The notes beneath the pieces are model-generated. The model was not told the origin of the DNA and did no database searches. It was given only the letters and a program-made list of their open reading frames with translations. From Antedon mediterranea (taxonomy: Eukaryota > Animalia > Echinodermata): DNA of 64,000 nucleotides. Below are positions 51,850 to 63,960 of this stretch, piece by piece. Each line of letters starts with the position of its first letter. The first letter of the stretch is position 1. The stretch is from the NCBI RefSeq assembly GCF_964355755.1, contig NC_092671.1, positions 25,308,070 to 25,372,069 of the forward strand, given 5' to 3'. A program made the translations under genes and the position numbers.

Positions 51850-52697
51850 TTAAGGTTAATAATAATTTTATTCGTTTAATATTTATAAATATATTTAGAA
51901 TAAGTTGAGACTTGAGATAAAAATTGGGCTAAATGCAAACGCATACCTGGCCACGGATTGTCAGTGGGGCATAGGTTGGCTGATGTTAAGTGTGGTGTCG
52001 AGGTTCGCGAGAAATGTGTTGGTTTTATTATGATAATGAGTATAAGAAAGAAGATGAGCAACGTAAAATGTAGTATTTAAAGACAATTATATACATGGTA
52101 AAACAGGATATAGTGCATCATTGAATGAATGGGTGGAACCACTGCAAGTTATTCCACATCATTTTATAGGCTTCGGGTTGTAAAGGCCGAGTACGTAGTT
52201 TGTTTGTTTTCATTAGATTTCTTCTGGGTGATGCTGCAGCAGGGGCTCGGAGTCGAGTAGCTGCTGGGATAGTTTTACCTGATGTGTAGACTAGAAACTA
52301 TCCTGACCGTCCAAACGACAGTATTAATGTGTCCTGTTTACTAGGCCCAGGCTTATACATTATTAATATTAAGATATTTAACTAATGACTTACTTATTGT
52401 CAAAAAAAGAAGAAAAATATTATTATTATCATGCAAGTTTGTTGCCATCATAACTACATTCCCCTCACTAATACTAATAGTATAATAGTAATATTTTACA
52501 TTTAATTAAATAAATTAAATTAGGCCTAGGCCTAGGCATAAATTACTCTTTTAGTAAATACTGTAACTGTAAATACAAAAAATACTGAATTAAAACTAAA
52601 GTGCATTATTCATTTGTAATGAAATACAATGTTTTTTGCTTTAAATTTCAAGGCATTGGTTAAAAGTTGTTGACTCAATGTAGATCTTCATGTCATA

Positions 52698-53506
52698 ATG
52701 GAGGATGCCAAAGCAGCTAACTATGGTACCTCTACCGAAACCAATAACTTAGCAGGTCATGGCAGTCTTGCACAAACAGATGATATGTCCAACCACCTAT
52801 TTGATTCTGAACCTGGTTTAGGTACTAATGTTAATGAATCTGAATTTGCTTTGATTACACCAGTAGTCAAAAAGGAGGCAGGATTGAGACACGGACATAA
52901 TGCTGGATATAACAATAAAATAAACACTTCCAGAAACCTACATAGAAGGACAAGCCATGAATGCTTAGGATCCTCGGATGAAGAAGAAACATCAGAGTCT
53001 GAGTATAGTGATGAAGAGGAGGATGAAATTAAAAATAGCTACAATGAGGAAGCATGTCAGCCGATGTCAAAAATGATATCAGACAAGAATACAGCCATAC
53101 AACAAAATGAAGACAATGGTTCAGAATCAGATGGTAGCAGTAGTGATAAAGAATCAAGTGAGGAGGAAGAGGATGATGAAGAACAGGAAGAGGAGATTGT
53201 AAATAAGAAGTATCCGTCATCCACAAACCTGGTCACTGAAGCTGATAGTTACTCGGAGACCAATTCTAATTACATACATAAAGACAACACATTGAATTCT
53301 TTGACTGATACTGGGAAAACAGCCTCTAGTGTAATTTTGCCCAAGGTTGAACCAGCTAATGTCAATGTTAGGTTGGATATACTTGGCCAACAAAGGGAAA
53401 CATCTGGATTATCTTCGGCTGGTAGTAGAACATCACAACACCCTCTAAAGAAAAGATTTTATGATGCTGTGATGCACGATTCTGGTCCGGTTGTTGACCA
53501 TGATGT
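52698..53506 (+). CDS. C2H2 zinc-finger protein, coding exon 1 (acidic, low-complexity N-terminus)
   Basis: Acceptor tttcaag| before 52653, ATG at 52698, donor GT|gtaag at 53507 (phase 2). Confidence 0.82.
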
Positions 53507-53663
53507 GTAAGATATTAATTTGTTGTTTATCGGTCAATTCAACCAATAATGGTTTTAGTATACTAAAAGCTGTCACTTGAACACACACAATATTATTACA
53601 TTAATGGTTTTTAACAGGTTTATTATACAGTACTTGTTTGTTGTTGTTTTTTTCATACTTTAG

Positions 53664-53921
53664 TGAAAATAAGCAATTACAAAAGAACATAAAAGAGGAG
53701 GATGACACTGACAATCTTAACGAGGAAAAGGAGGTGATGGAAGACACGGAGGATGAAGACAATGATGATGGAGAATCAGAAGATGAAGAAAGTGAGGTGA
53801 ATCATGCAATGTTTGCTGCAGAGAAACTTGTTCTTGGAAAGGCCTGGCAGCGATGGCATAACCTTGCCTCAGCTTTACGCATGAGTAATCTTGAAGAGCT
53901 TGCTGTTTTTCTTATTGATTA
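53664..53921 (+). CDS. C2H2 zinc-finger protein, coding exon 2 (ZNF692/ZNF653-like helical motif)
   Basis: ctttag|T ... GATTA|gtgagt, 258 nt, phase 2/2; LVLGKAWQRWHNLASALRMSNLEELAVFLID(Y). Confidence 0.82.
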
Positions 53922-54246
53922 GTGAGTATTGTCTATTTTGTGCCTAGCTTACTCTGGGTCGACCGACAAGCTTTTTCCCTCCGAGTAGAGTACATCTCGA
54001 AAAGTAACAAAAACTTTGAACCTCCCTCAAAGATAGTTTTAGCGACTCCTGCCTATTTATACCTAACCAGTTATGCGCTCCCCTTTGAGAAGAAGAGGGC
54101 TATCCTAGAGTACATGTCAGTTTATCCAGCAAGTTTCGTACATAGTCTTTTCACACAGAATTTCCAACAATCATAGTGAATAAACTATATTGTTTTTAAT
54201 TAAATTCTAATTAATTAATTTCTATTTTAAAATGTTCACTTTAAAG

Positions 54247-54315
54247 TTATGAAAGTCCACACCAAACTAGACCGCCCTCAACAAGTAGAATGCGCCTAAG
54301 AAGGAATGGAACTGG
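54247..54315 (+). CDS. C2H2 zinc-finger protein, coding exon 3 (69 nt, absent from the ORF track)
   Basis: tttaaag|T ... GG|gtatgt; YYESPHQTRPPSTSRMRLRRNGTG; needed to avoid a TAA at the exon 2/exon 4 junction. Confidence 0.72.
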
Positions 54316-54480
54316 GTATGTATTTAATTCTGTTGTAGCAGTATTACTATCATATTGTTTTCAGTATTTTTATTTTGCAAAGTCATAAAATACTCATTTA
54401 TTAGAATTTATGGTAAGTAGGATTATGTTTGGAGGCTGAAATGAAACAGAAAACAGGATTAACCCACATTAACTCATAAC

Positions 54481-54690
54481 ATTGGCATAGGTTAGAGGCT
54501 CACTTGCTCTATGGGTCTGGTGGTAATCTTCTCAGATATGGGCTATAAACCCTAGGTCCAGTGTACACATCTATTTTGAAGGAACCTAGTACATCTTTCG
54601 AGCTGAGTAGGGGGTTACCCTGGTATACTAGTACAACACAGCCACTGCCACACACAGCCAATCATTATAACTGGGCCTTTGAAGAGTTCA
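54481..54690 (+). mobile_element. 5'-truncated tRNA-SINE copy (same family as 63757-63960)
   Basis: Shares acctagtacatctttc...gagtagggggtta and ctat-aacc-taggtc-agtgt with the copy at 63.8 kb. Confidence 0.65.
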
Positions 54691-54777
54691 GTATTAAGAA
54701 ATAATAAATTAATAAAAGTTATAGTAGTAGTAACTGTAGTTATTATAATGTAAATCATTTAAATGTTGCCTTTTCAG

Positions 54778-56674
54778 AATTAACAGACTAGGTATCGAGA
54801 ACCAAGATAACAAGATGTATGGCAGAAACTTGGATGGAAAATGCATGCTTGACAAAGTGATAGGCTTTAATTCTGAAAGAACATCTGATGATAATGCAAC
54901 AGAAACAAGTGGAAAGGCTATTTCAGACACCATAAACAGTAGCATCCCTGTAGGAAAGAAAAAGTTGAATCGCAGAAAGTCTTTACCAACACGGAGAGTT
55001 GCTTCAGTTGTTGTAGAGAACTATGATTATCAAGAGGAAACCGAAGATTACACTGTGGATGAGTGCATTGACGACGACGATGATGATTTCAACTTGGTGT
55101 GTGGAGAATGTGGAAAGGTATTTGGTGATCCAGATTTATTAGAAACTCATGAAAAAAAATGTGACAGCTTTAAAAAAAGAAAACGTAAACAACCGTTACG
55201 AAATTCGTCTGGTGGTCCAGTGAGTAAACTACGAAAAAAAAACACAACGCGAAAGAGAATGACTTCTAGGTGTGGTAGGCCACCTGCTAAATTTGGCTGT
55301 GATGTGTGTCCAAGAAGATGCAGATCAGAAGATTCATTAGAAAAGCATAAACTTACACACCAAAAACAGAACTTTTGTGACAAATGTCAGGAACAATTCA
55401 TAAAAAAGAAAGAGTTCAAAGATCACATGGCATTGCACGATAATGGTCTTTTCAGAAAGTCATATAAATGCGAACATTGTGAGAAAGAGTTTCAAACACA
55501 TCCTGTGTTTGAGAAACATTTAAAAACAGTTCATGGCGTACCATTTGTACGATGTGTTTGTGAGTTTTGTGGGAAAGGCTTCTCTCATCTGCACCAACTG
55601 CAACGTCATCGTGTACGACATCTTCCAGATAAACCATTTAAGTGTGAAAAATGTTCAAAAACATTTACTTTTCATTCTGGATTTAATCAGCATAAAAAGT
55701 GGCATGAGAATTCGGAAAGTGGAAAAACGTTTGCTTGCACAGTTTGTCAACGTGAATTTTGGACTGAGCAAAACCTTCGAAATCATACACGGAAAAGCCA
55801 CGGAGAACGTAGCTTTATCTGTGAAGAGTGTGGGAAAACGTTTACCGTTAGCCATCGTCTAGAACGCCACAAATTAATACACTTGAATGATAAACCTTAC
55901 CATTGCACAGTTTGTAACAAAGGATTTGTTCAGAAGCATAGTATGGTTGCTCACATGCGGGTCCACACTGGTGAGAAACCTTTCCAATGCTCAGATTGTC
56001 CTGCTAGTTTCGCACATAATGTCAGCCTGAAAACACACAAGAAATCTGTTCACGGTTATGATTGGTGGGCTGATAATGGTGTCGAGCGAAAACCTTCTGC
56101 CAAATCAAAATCTCCTCGCCCTAGACAGCGTAACAGGATGAGTAGCAGCAGTGAACCAAGCACACGATACTCTGAGCCAGACACTGCCAACCGAGCAAAC
56201 CTTCCTCCTCAGGTGATGTCTTTGGCTGTGGACCAGATGCTTCAGCCTCCATTGAATGTTATGGAAAGTAGATCTGAAGAAAATAAAAGCCAGATGGTGG
56301 AGTACTCACTGCAAAATAGGGGTTCAGAATCTGTAATTACTCACTCTTCAGGTTCTAGTGGAGACAACCTGATATGTCAGGAACCAGGGACGGAACAAAT
56401 GACTGATCAACATCGCATGGCAGGTGACAGACGATTACCTCAAAGAATAGAGTCACTTAATCTTGATCCTAGATCAGAGCAAAGAATGGACTATCGCATG
56501 ATGCAACCTCAGAATCTACGCCTCAACTCAAGATCAGATCTTCGGATGGATCCAAGAATTGACCCACGCATAGATCCCAGGACACTCGATGATAGGGCAC
56601 TGTCTGTTGTGCGTGGGAACCCTGACATGCAGCAGGAAATCTGGAGATCTTCAAGTTTTATTGAGAATATGTAA
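54778..56674 (+). CDS. C2H2 zinc-finger protein, last exon (1 C2HC + 9 C2H2 fingers, DPR-repeat tail)
   Basis: ttttcag|A in frame with ORF 54815-56674; nine CxxC-x12-Hxxx(x)H fingers including an HTGEKPF linker; AATAAA near 56758. Spliced CDS 3033 nt, about 1010 aa. Confidence 0.92.
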
Positions 56675-59417
56675 GTTAATAATTTTAGTTACATAAATTT
56701 CGAGTATAGTAACTAACTAGCGAGTTGCTATAGAAACATGATGTCATGCAGTAGCCAATAATAAAATAATGTCTGTGAATGTTAATATTTAATTAGTACT
56801 GTACTTTTTGTTTTTACAACAAAATATGTTGGCCGATCAACATTTTGTTTGCAGGATTTTAAATTTGGTGATCTTTCATCACCAGTTACGCAAACACTCA
56901 CAGTGTTGCATAACCTGTGTCACAGATCATAAGTGTGTGGCAACCTAGTAAGGTCTACATGCAGTTAGTCCTAAACTTTTAGATTCTTGAAACTAACCTT
57001 AGATTTCAGTTTTCTTTAAACATTTAAAAAAAGACGAAAAGTGTTTTGATGCAAGGCCAAATTTCAGAATTCTTTTTTTTTTTTAAAGTTAATATTCATT
57101 TCAATAAGTAATTGTGATAAAGACTTGAACTATTCCCTTTTAATACCATAATTTTTATTATTTTATTTATATTGCAACAGGCCCTTCCATCAGTCATGGG
57201 CAGCACCTGGCAATTATAGCTGGTGAAGAGCCTTCTCCAATCAATATAGAAACATCAACGATTGATTGCTAACTTTGTTGGTCATCCTACAACCACTTTA
57301 TCACTGGCCACAATCTGCAACTGATGTATACACGCTCTTTGAAGTGGTAATGTGGAAACATGTCCACAGGTAATAACAAAGGCAACACACAGTAAAGGTC
57401 AATCAAGTGCTAATGACCTAATGTGTGTCACATGATCCATAGAACCATGAAGACCATGACTTGTGGTTCTAAAGTCTTCTTTAGTATTAAAAACTGACAG
57501 TAATATTGCTTTTATACAATAAGTACATTTATTGTGAGTAACCTGTTTATACGATAATTACATTAGTAGCAATATGTTTAGTTTAGTTTAAAACAACAAT
57601 ACTACTATCATATTAAGGAGGTGCTTATTTTTATACCTCCTTGTTTTGAAGTTGTAATAATTTTCATCCAATAGCGGTGCTGTTATTTATTTCCGATACA
57701 GTAGCCTGCTATACTTTATTCTGGACTTGCCAAGCATATTTTTTTTATAGTAAATTATTTTAGTGCTGCATCAACAATTAACGTAATCTATTTATCTATT
57801 ATAATATCTCAAAGCTGAAGTTTGTTACTCTATCTTCTCTCCTGCTGTTTGAGCTAGGCCACCTTTTAATTCCCATTTAGCCTTTCTGCTATGTTGAAAC
57901 AGTTTATGTTTAGACCAATTTTGGATGCAGCGTTTAGTAATTCCTTGCTATTTTCTCAACATGAATTCTCCAATTATTGTACATTAGAGGGTGAAAAGAT
58001 GACTTGAAAAAATAAGTATAAATGTATTGGTTTCTTTTAAAAATGTTGCACTAAATTTCAAATGTATTAATTTTTGTTTAATCTGAAATGGTTATGATTT
58101 TTACATCAACCCACCAATATTTTACCTTATAGAAAAATAGCTGTTAATGTACAAATTTAAATGTAAGTTGAACTCCTTTTGAAATGGGATTAACTTGAAG
58201 AAAATAGCCAAAGAGAAGAAACGCTACCAAAAAGTAATTTTCTTTTAAGCATTTAAAAATAATTTAATTAGCATTTTGAAAGTTTTAAACAAGGTAAAAA
58301 CCATGAGTGAAGTGATACTAGAAATACAATAGAGCCCTTCAATCCTTTTAAGGTGAACATTTTGTCATGGAACGAACGAGTGGTATTAAATGAATCATTT
58401 TAATGTAATGACAAATGGAAACTTCATTACACAAGGTATACAGTATATAAAGCAAAATACAGTGTATACAAGGCAGTCAAAACTGAAATGTGTACACTAT
58501 GTTGGATCCTGACACTGTCCCCTTTATAGAGGTTCTACTATAGACACAGGCTGAACCATTTTGTACAATGTACTATTATTCAATATCTAGCTTTAGTGAT
58601 ATTCTGTAACTAAATACATTTGTATTCTTGCATTCAATTACTGTAGCATATACAGGTAGATGTTTGATTTCTTAACAATTTGTTTTAGGAATTCTTATTT
58701 GAAATAATTTCATGTGAATTCTAATAATAATAGGAGTAAATTTTCTTTTTGTTGAAAAAGCACACTGAATGTTTGTGAAATGTACAGTAGTAAGTACCAT
58801 ATGATTGACTCCCCTTTTTTTCTGTGCGCAATTTCATATACAGTATACCAGACTATATTGCTATTCTATCATCAAATTTGTAGTTGATAGTAAATATATA
58901 TATATAGATTTCATTATTTAATTTTGCATTGAAAGGTGCTGAAAGTTAGTGTTATTTTATCCTATGAATCGTGCAATTTGTATCTTGACAGTAGCTTAAG
59001 ATTTTTAATATTTAGTATTATATATATATATATTTTTAGTCAAGTACAAGCTAGTAAAACGTTTAAATTAAAAACAGTTAACCTAGTTTTGATTAAACTC
59101 TATGATTTAAACCTTTTGAAGAGTGAAAGGAAATTAAAAATTTTAAACTTATTTCAAACTTTATTGTTCATCTTCAGCACTAAATAATACTGTTACAAAG
59201 TATATCTAGGTGCCAATACAGTTGTATAGTTCCATGGATGAACGTTTGAACTTAATGAGTGCATAATATATTGGTAATCAAAATAGTATACAAATAATTA
59301 ATGTTTATGCATGATGGTGGTAAAACAACTGACAAATAAACAACTATACTAAACAGAGACAATTCTTTTGAGGGTGTAAGTCTATTAGGCCTATTACTAT
59401 AGCAAACGCAGCTTTAA

Positions 59418-59600
59418 AGATGTATTGTCCCACTGAACAAAACGATTTATTGTTGTTGAATAGGCTTTAATGTATAATTATTCACTTTTACAAAATCCTG
59501 GATAGAAACAAATTTAGTTACCTGATGAACTAAAATATAAAGAAAAAAAATCAATTGACTCGGAATGAATGGATTTTTAGTTATTTTAAACATTTATTTC
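59418..59600. mobile_element. Left-end fragment of the Kolobok-type family
   Basis: TTAA|AGATGTATTGTCCC, identical to the end at 51198; no right TIR found, so the end coordinate is approximate. Confidence 0.5.
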
Positions 59601-60029
59601 TTTTATACGCAAAACATTTTATATAACATTTGTTTAGTTTAATTTTATACATGCATGTAAATTGGCTTACTTAGTGTTTGATCTTTGTATTTCCTGAAAA
59701 TGTAATACCATAAATTATTTGAACAGTTTTTATGAATGTAATATTATGTAATCATGTTTTGTAATTTTACCAATGCTTACACTTTACATGAACATTTCGT
59801 CTTCATGGCATTTAAGTGATACGGTTTTTAATAAGAAATTGTATCCATTTTTTGCGACGTTTTTCCTACAGTAGTATTTATAGCAACAAGTATTTATCCT
59901 GCAAAATTGAAGTTATTTGAAGCTTTGAACCTATCATACTATATAAGATAGAACATGCTTTAATTATTAAATCATACATTTTATTGTAATGTTTGTATTC
60001 TCTGTCTATCTCTGCCAAATGTCCATCGC

Positions 60030-61045
60030 CTAATTACGTTCTTAACAAGTTGTTCATGTGCGATTGTTTTACTTTCCATAGAAATTAACAAATTCATCAC
60101 TCATATGTGAATTTATACGGCATGCATGTTATTTGACATTCCGTATTTCGAAGCAACTTCAAATGTGTTTTTGTTGACCCTCATTCTGCCCTTTAATATA
60201 ATATAACCGAGTAAGAAAGCTATTGTGAGTAGTAGTACAAGAACAGTATCCTTGTAGTTTTTGTGCGAAATCTTGTGAATTGCAGTTGTTAACAAACGAG
60301 GTGATTTCTTTTTAGCGAAGTCACAAAATGAGTACAGTACAATAAAATGTTCATTTACAACGTAAAGTAGTTCGCTTTCAGCATATCTTGAAGCAACTTC
60401 ATCTTGTACTGTTAAAGTTTACACACATTTGTAATGGAGATGCTCTTTCCGATACCAGAATCTAAATATGTGTAGTATTTGATTTAGTTGTCATGCAATT
60501 CTAATATTTCGTCCCACACTAGTTCAGGTTCAGGGTTTGTCTTTTCACTTAAACATATCACAACGGCATCTTCTCCCATCTTGTAAGATGACGTTGTAAA
60601 CTGATGATTGACATTCATGAGAAAGGAAACTGTAGTAGGCCTATGTTGCATTTTTTATGAGAGTTGCAACCAGCATAGCAAAGTTAAACGTTCTATGTAC
60701 TGTTAAAACATTCAAATTTACACATTTATGAGAAAATATGTAGAGGTGACTGCATTTGAACATATATTACAAGTAAACGCGAAAAACGAGTTATACAGTA
60801 TTATACATTTTGTTAAGCCTGTGGACAATTGATACACCCGTGTCTGCAGGCCTACCAATAATGATATTGTGTCAATCATTAATCATTTGAGTGAACTCGC
60901 TTATGTGTGATGTTTTTTTTGGTTTTCATCTTTCAAACCACTGGATACCAACCGGTTCTAATTCAGTTCTCCTGTCCCACTTTAATTCAGGTTCAAGATA
61001 TGTCGTTTCACTCAAACATATCGCAACAGCTTCTTCTCCTATCTG
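60030..61045 (-). pseudogene. Decayed Ig-like (C2-set) membrane protein sequence
   Basis: Two related minus-strand segments IGEEAVAICLSETTYLEPELKW (about 61043-60978) and MGEDAVVICLSEKTNPEPELVW (about 60579-60514), an AFTCNI segment, and a hydrophobic TVLVLLLTIAFLLGYIIL followed by KGR; many stops and frameshifts. Confidence 0.4.
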
Positions 61046-61289
61046 ATATGACTTTAAACTGTACAATTGGATAGTCGACGCTTGAACTGTCAACGATCAA
61101 CGACGATCGTTTGAAAAACGAAATGATGACAATAGCAAGTACTTTTTCCTGTTAAAATCGATAACATTTCAATGTTTACGTAATGATCACCGATTATTGT
61201 TAACGATAGCGTCGACAGGAAAACAGGCTTAAGTTCTACAGGATCGTAATTATAACCCAAGGTATAGGTGTCATGTTATAGGTGTGGTT

Positions 61290-61403
61290 GTTCAGAGGGT
61301 GTTGTTGTCCTAGGGGCATAGCAGTTATCCTATAGGGTAGTTTTCCGGGTGGGATTTGTCCTACTGTAGGGGGTTATTGTCCGGGTGGTAATTGTCCGGA
61401 TAC
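61290..61403. mobile_element. Terminal array of a DNA transposon (GGxxTTGTCC subterminal repeats)
   Basis: About six degenerate gggg-a-ttgtcc units ending in gtccggatac; related decayed arrays at about 5885-5950 and 6120-6160. Confidence 0.45.
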
Positions 61404-62338
61404 GCATTAACCCATTAAAGTTTTCTTACATTTTTAAAAATCTATGTTTCAGACTTGAATCACACTCATTTTCATTGTTAATCAGCAAACTGGCCTAGAA
61501 CAAAATAAACACAATGACACACCTTGTTTACGTTTATTAACGTTTAATTAAAATCAACAGGGTTCTTATGACAAACTATCTGCATACTAATGCAAACAAA
61601 TTCTCACAATTGATGTCTTTTTGCCAGTGAAGTTGACAACTTTACAATTATAAAAGGTTGAGACTTCTTTACCCTTTGTTAACCATAGCAGACATTTATG
61701 TACGGGTATAGAACAAATTTCACTCGGAAACCTTGAATGATCGTATTCAAAATACCATAGTCTGACTAGCAGAAAATCTCGGTCTTAAATTTGCCAGGGA
61801 TTATCCAAGACTGTTCATTTTTTTTTGGTTATCTTAGGATATTTTATAGATCATTTTTTGTGTAAAGCACTTCCTGTGACTCGGTTTGAATGCCACAGGG
61901 GATTGCACAGTATTAGTAACATATTACCATCCAGAACCAACCAATTTGTTACTGTTTGATTATTATTACATTATCATTTTGTGTATATTCCATGTAAGTT
62001 TGGTGTTTCCAACTGTCACATGTTGGTCACAAGTTGTAACTTCTTGCAACTATTGTGTTGTTCTTTTTAATGAAATAAAGTGAATAATAGTTATTCAGAG
62101 TCTAGGAAATGACCAAAGTATTACTTATTTCATCACATGATTGACAAGATATCATAGCATCACCTTACTAACACCACTACCAGGGTTTTAACCATTAGGG
62201 GTACATTTTGTAGCCAGATGAAAAACTATATATTGAAATTAAAAAATAAAGTGAATACAATCTTGTAATTTCAATAATTGAAATTATAATCAAAATAATG
62301 CAATGTCATTCAGGTTGCCATGATATATATTCTGATAT

Positions 62339-62398
62339 TTAATCTTCCTCTTCTAATGTCTTCTTTTTCTTTTTCTTCTTTTTCTTTTCAGTGCTGAC
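62339..62398 (-). CDS. NOP58: Nucleolar protein 58, last coding exon
   Basis: cttcag|GTC VSTEKKKKKKKKTLEEED then TAA; resembles the vertebrate NOP58 terminus PEKKKKKKKKRENED. Confidence 0.8.
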   Translation of the reverse strand, partial: VSTEKKKKKKKKKTLEEED

Positions 62399-63135
62399 CT
62401 GAAGTATAAAAATGATGAAACATGGTCAACACAAAATCAAGTTTTTTTGTAATATTACAAATCAGTTTTACTATAACTACAAATTTCATTATAATTTATT
62501 AGTATAATACACTCAATCAAGCTAAAAATAATCCATGTCATATCCAGATATATTTTCTTTTTACAACTTTATTTAATACAATACACTATGTGAAAATAAC
62601 TTTTGCTATTCAAAGTTTGACTCCTGTAATTGTAAAAGTTACCTATCATATCCTGTTTAATAAACAAACAAGATCAACATTTTCAAATTGTTTGTTTTGT
62701 ATGTAAATGTTAGTAAGCAAATAGCTGTAACCAACCTGTTTTCGTGGTAAGGTAAAGTAATTCCAAAATAATTAATAAATGAATTAAAAGTACGCTTATT
62801 AAAATTGATAAGAAAAATAATGCTAAAAAAAGGAGGAATGGCATTTGGACTCCATCATTCTCAAGTTTACTTGAAGATTCAAGCAATTCAATGAGACAAA
62901 CACAAATTAAAGGTCAAAGTTTAAAATGACAATAGGTCAATTATCACCTGCAATGCTAAACAAAGAGCTTAGATTTTGCAGGTTGTAGATAAGGCATTTC
63001 CTGAGTTACGCTAAAATAAGAATAAAACCTATTCTGATTAACATTATGGTCTTAAATGTTGCCCTAACAACATTATTGAATGTCCGAAAGTATTCTTAAT
63101 AATGACTGCTGCTGCCAAAAAAGAATGTAACTTAC

Positions 63136-63215
63136 TGGGGCTGGTTCTTCTTCCTCTTCCTCCTCCTCCTCCTCTTTTGCAGCTTTCTTTTTCTTTTTCT
63201 TCTTTGGCGTCTCTT
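63136..63215 (-). CDS. NOP58: Nucleolar protein 58, penultimate exon
   Basis: ttttcag|AA ... CCA|gtaag, 80 nt, phase 1 to 0; EETPKKKKKKKAAKEEEEEEEEEEPAP, a K/E-rich tail. Confidence 0.8.
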
Positions 63216-63439
63216 CTGAAAACACATGTTAATGCAATCGGATTAAAACACCGAAATAAATACAGGATCCACAAATTAATTCCCAATAAATTAAGAAAAG
63301 AGTAACTTGAAATTAAGACACGGAATACACTGAGATTATGCCAAATTGATTTTGGTGACAATTATTGGGACAATAATTGTATTGCCCTGGCAAACCAGAG
63401 AGGTGAAGCGGTAACTACTTTTAAATTATTTTAAGTTAC

Positions 63440-63689
63440 CTTCAACTTCTTCCTTCACTTTCTTTTTTTTCTTTGTGCTTCCTTCTTCACTGGAACCATT
63501 TTCAAGTTTCACTTTCACACGTTTCGTACCACCATCTTCTTCATCATCAACCTCTTCAATTTTACGTTTCTTGGTCGCACTGGATGGCAAGGTTGAGTCA
63601 AGAGCGGGGTTGTACGTCTTCACTTCGCTTCTGTTTTCGTATTTGTCAAACTTTGCTTTAGCTTTTCCGGTTCCACTTATTCTCCTCAT
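63440..63689 (-). CDS. NOP58: Nucleolar protein 58, internal exon (gene continues beyond the window)
   Basis: tttcag|ATG ... G|gtaac; RRISGTGKAKAKFDKYENRSEVKTYNPALDSTLPSSATKKRKIEEVD closely matches human NOP58 RKISGTGKALAKTEKYEHKSEVKTYDPSGDSTLPTCSKKRKIEQVD as recalled. Confidence 0.9.
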
Positions 63690-63756
63690 CTGAAATTATA
63701 AATAGAGACTGGTATTAAAAAATTCATCAAATATATTTAATTTTACTACCATTTAA

Positions 63757-63960
63757 TGAGTGGCCGAGTGGTTAAGACAGTGGAACCGTAATCTATTGTC
63801 TTATGGAAAGGGTTCAAGACTCACTAGCTCCAAAGTTCTAGTAGTAATGAGTATTCTCGGTAAGGACTATGAACCGTAGGTCAAGTGTTCTAAAAAATGC
63901 TTGGGTACACTTTAACGAACACCTAGTACATCTTTCAAGACGAGTAGGGGGTTAGTACTA
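63757..63960 (+). mobile_element. tRNA-derived SINE in a NOP58 intron
   Basis: A box TGGCCGAGTGG (63761), B box GGTTCAAGAC (63811), body shared with 54481-54690. Confidence 0.7.

Noticed and set aside
53922-54176. ORF overlapping the TAG of ORF 53638-53922, suggesting readthrough or translational coupling
   Set aside because: The TAG spans the splice donor TA|gtgagt; the downstream ORF is intronic.
62399-63439. Intronic box C/D snoRNAs, expected because vertebrate NOP58 hosts them
   Set aside because: No RTGATGA and CTGA pair at snoRNA spacing was found by eye on the minus strand; an Infernal/Rfam scan would be needed to exclude them.
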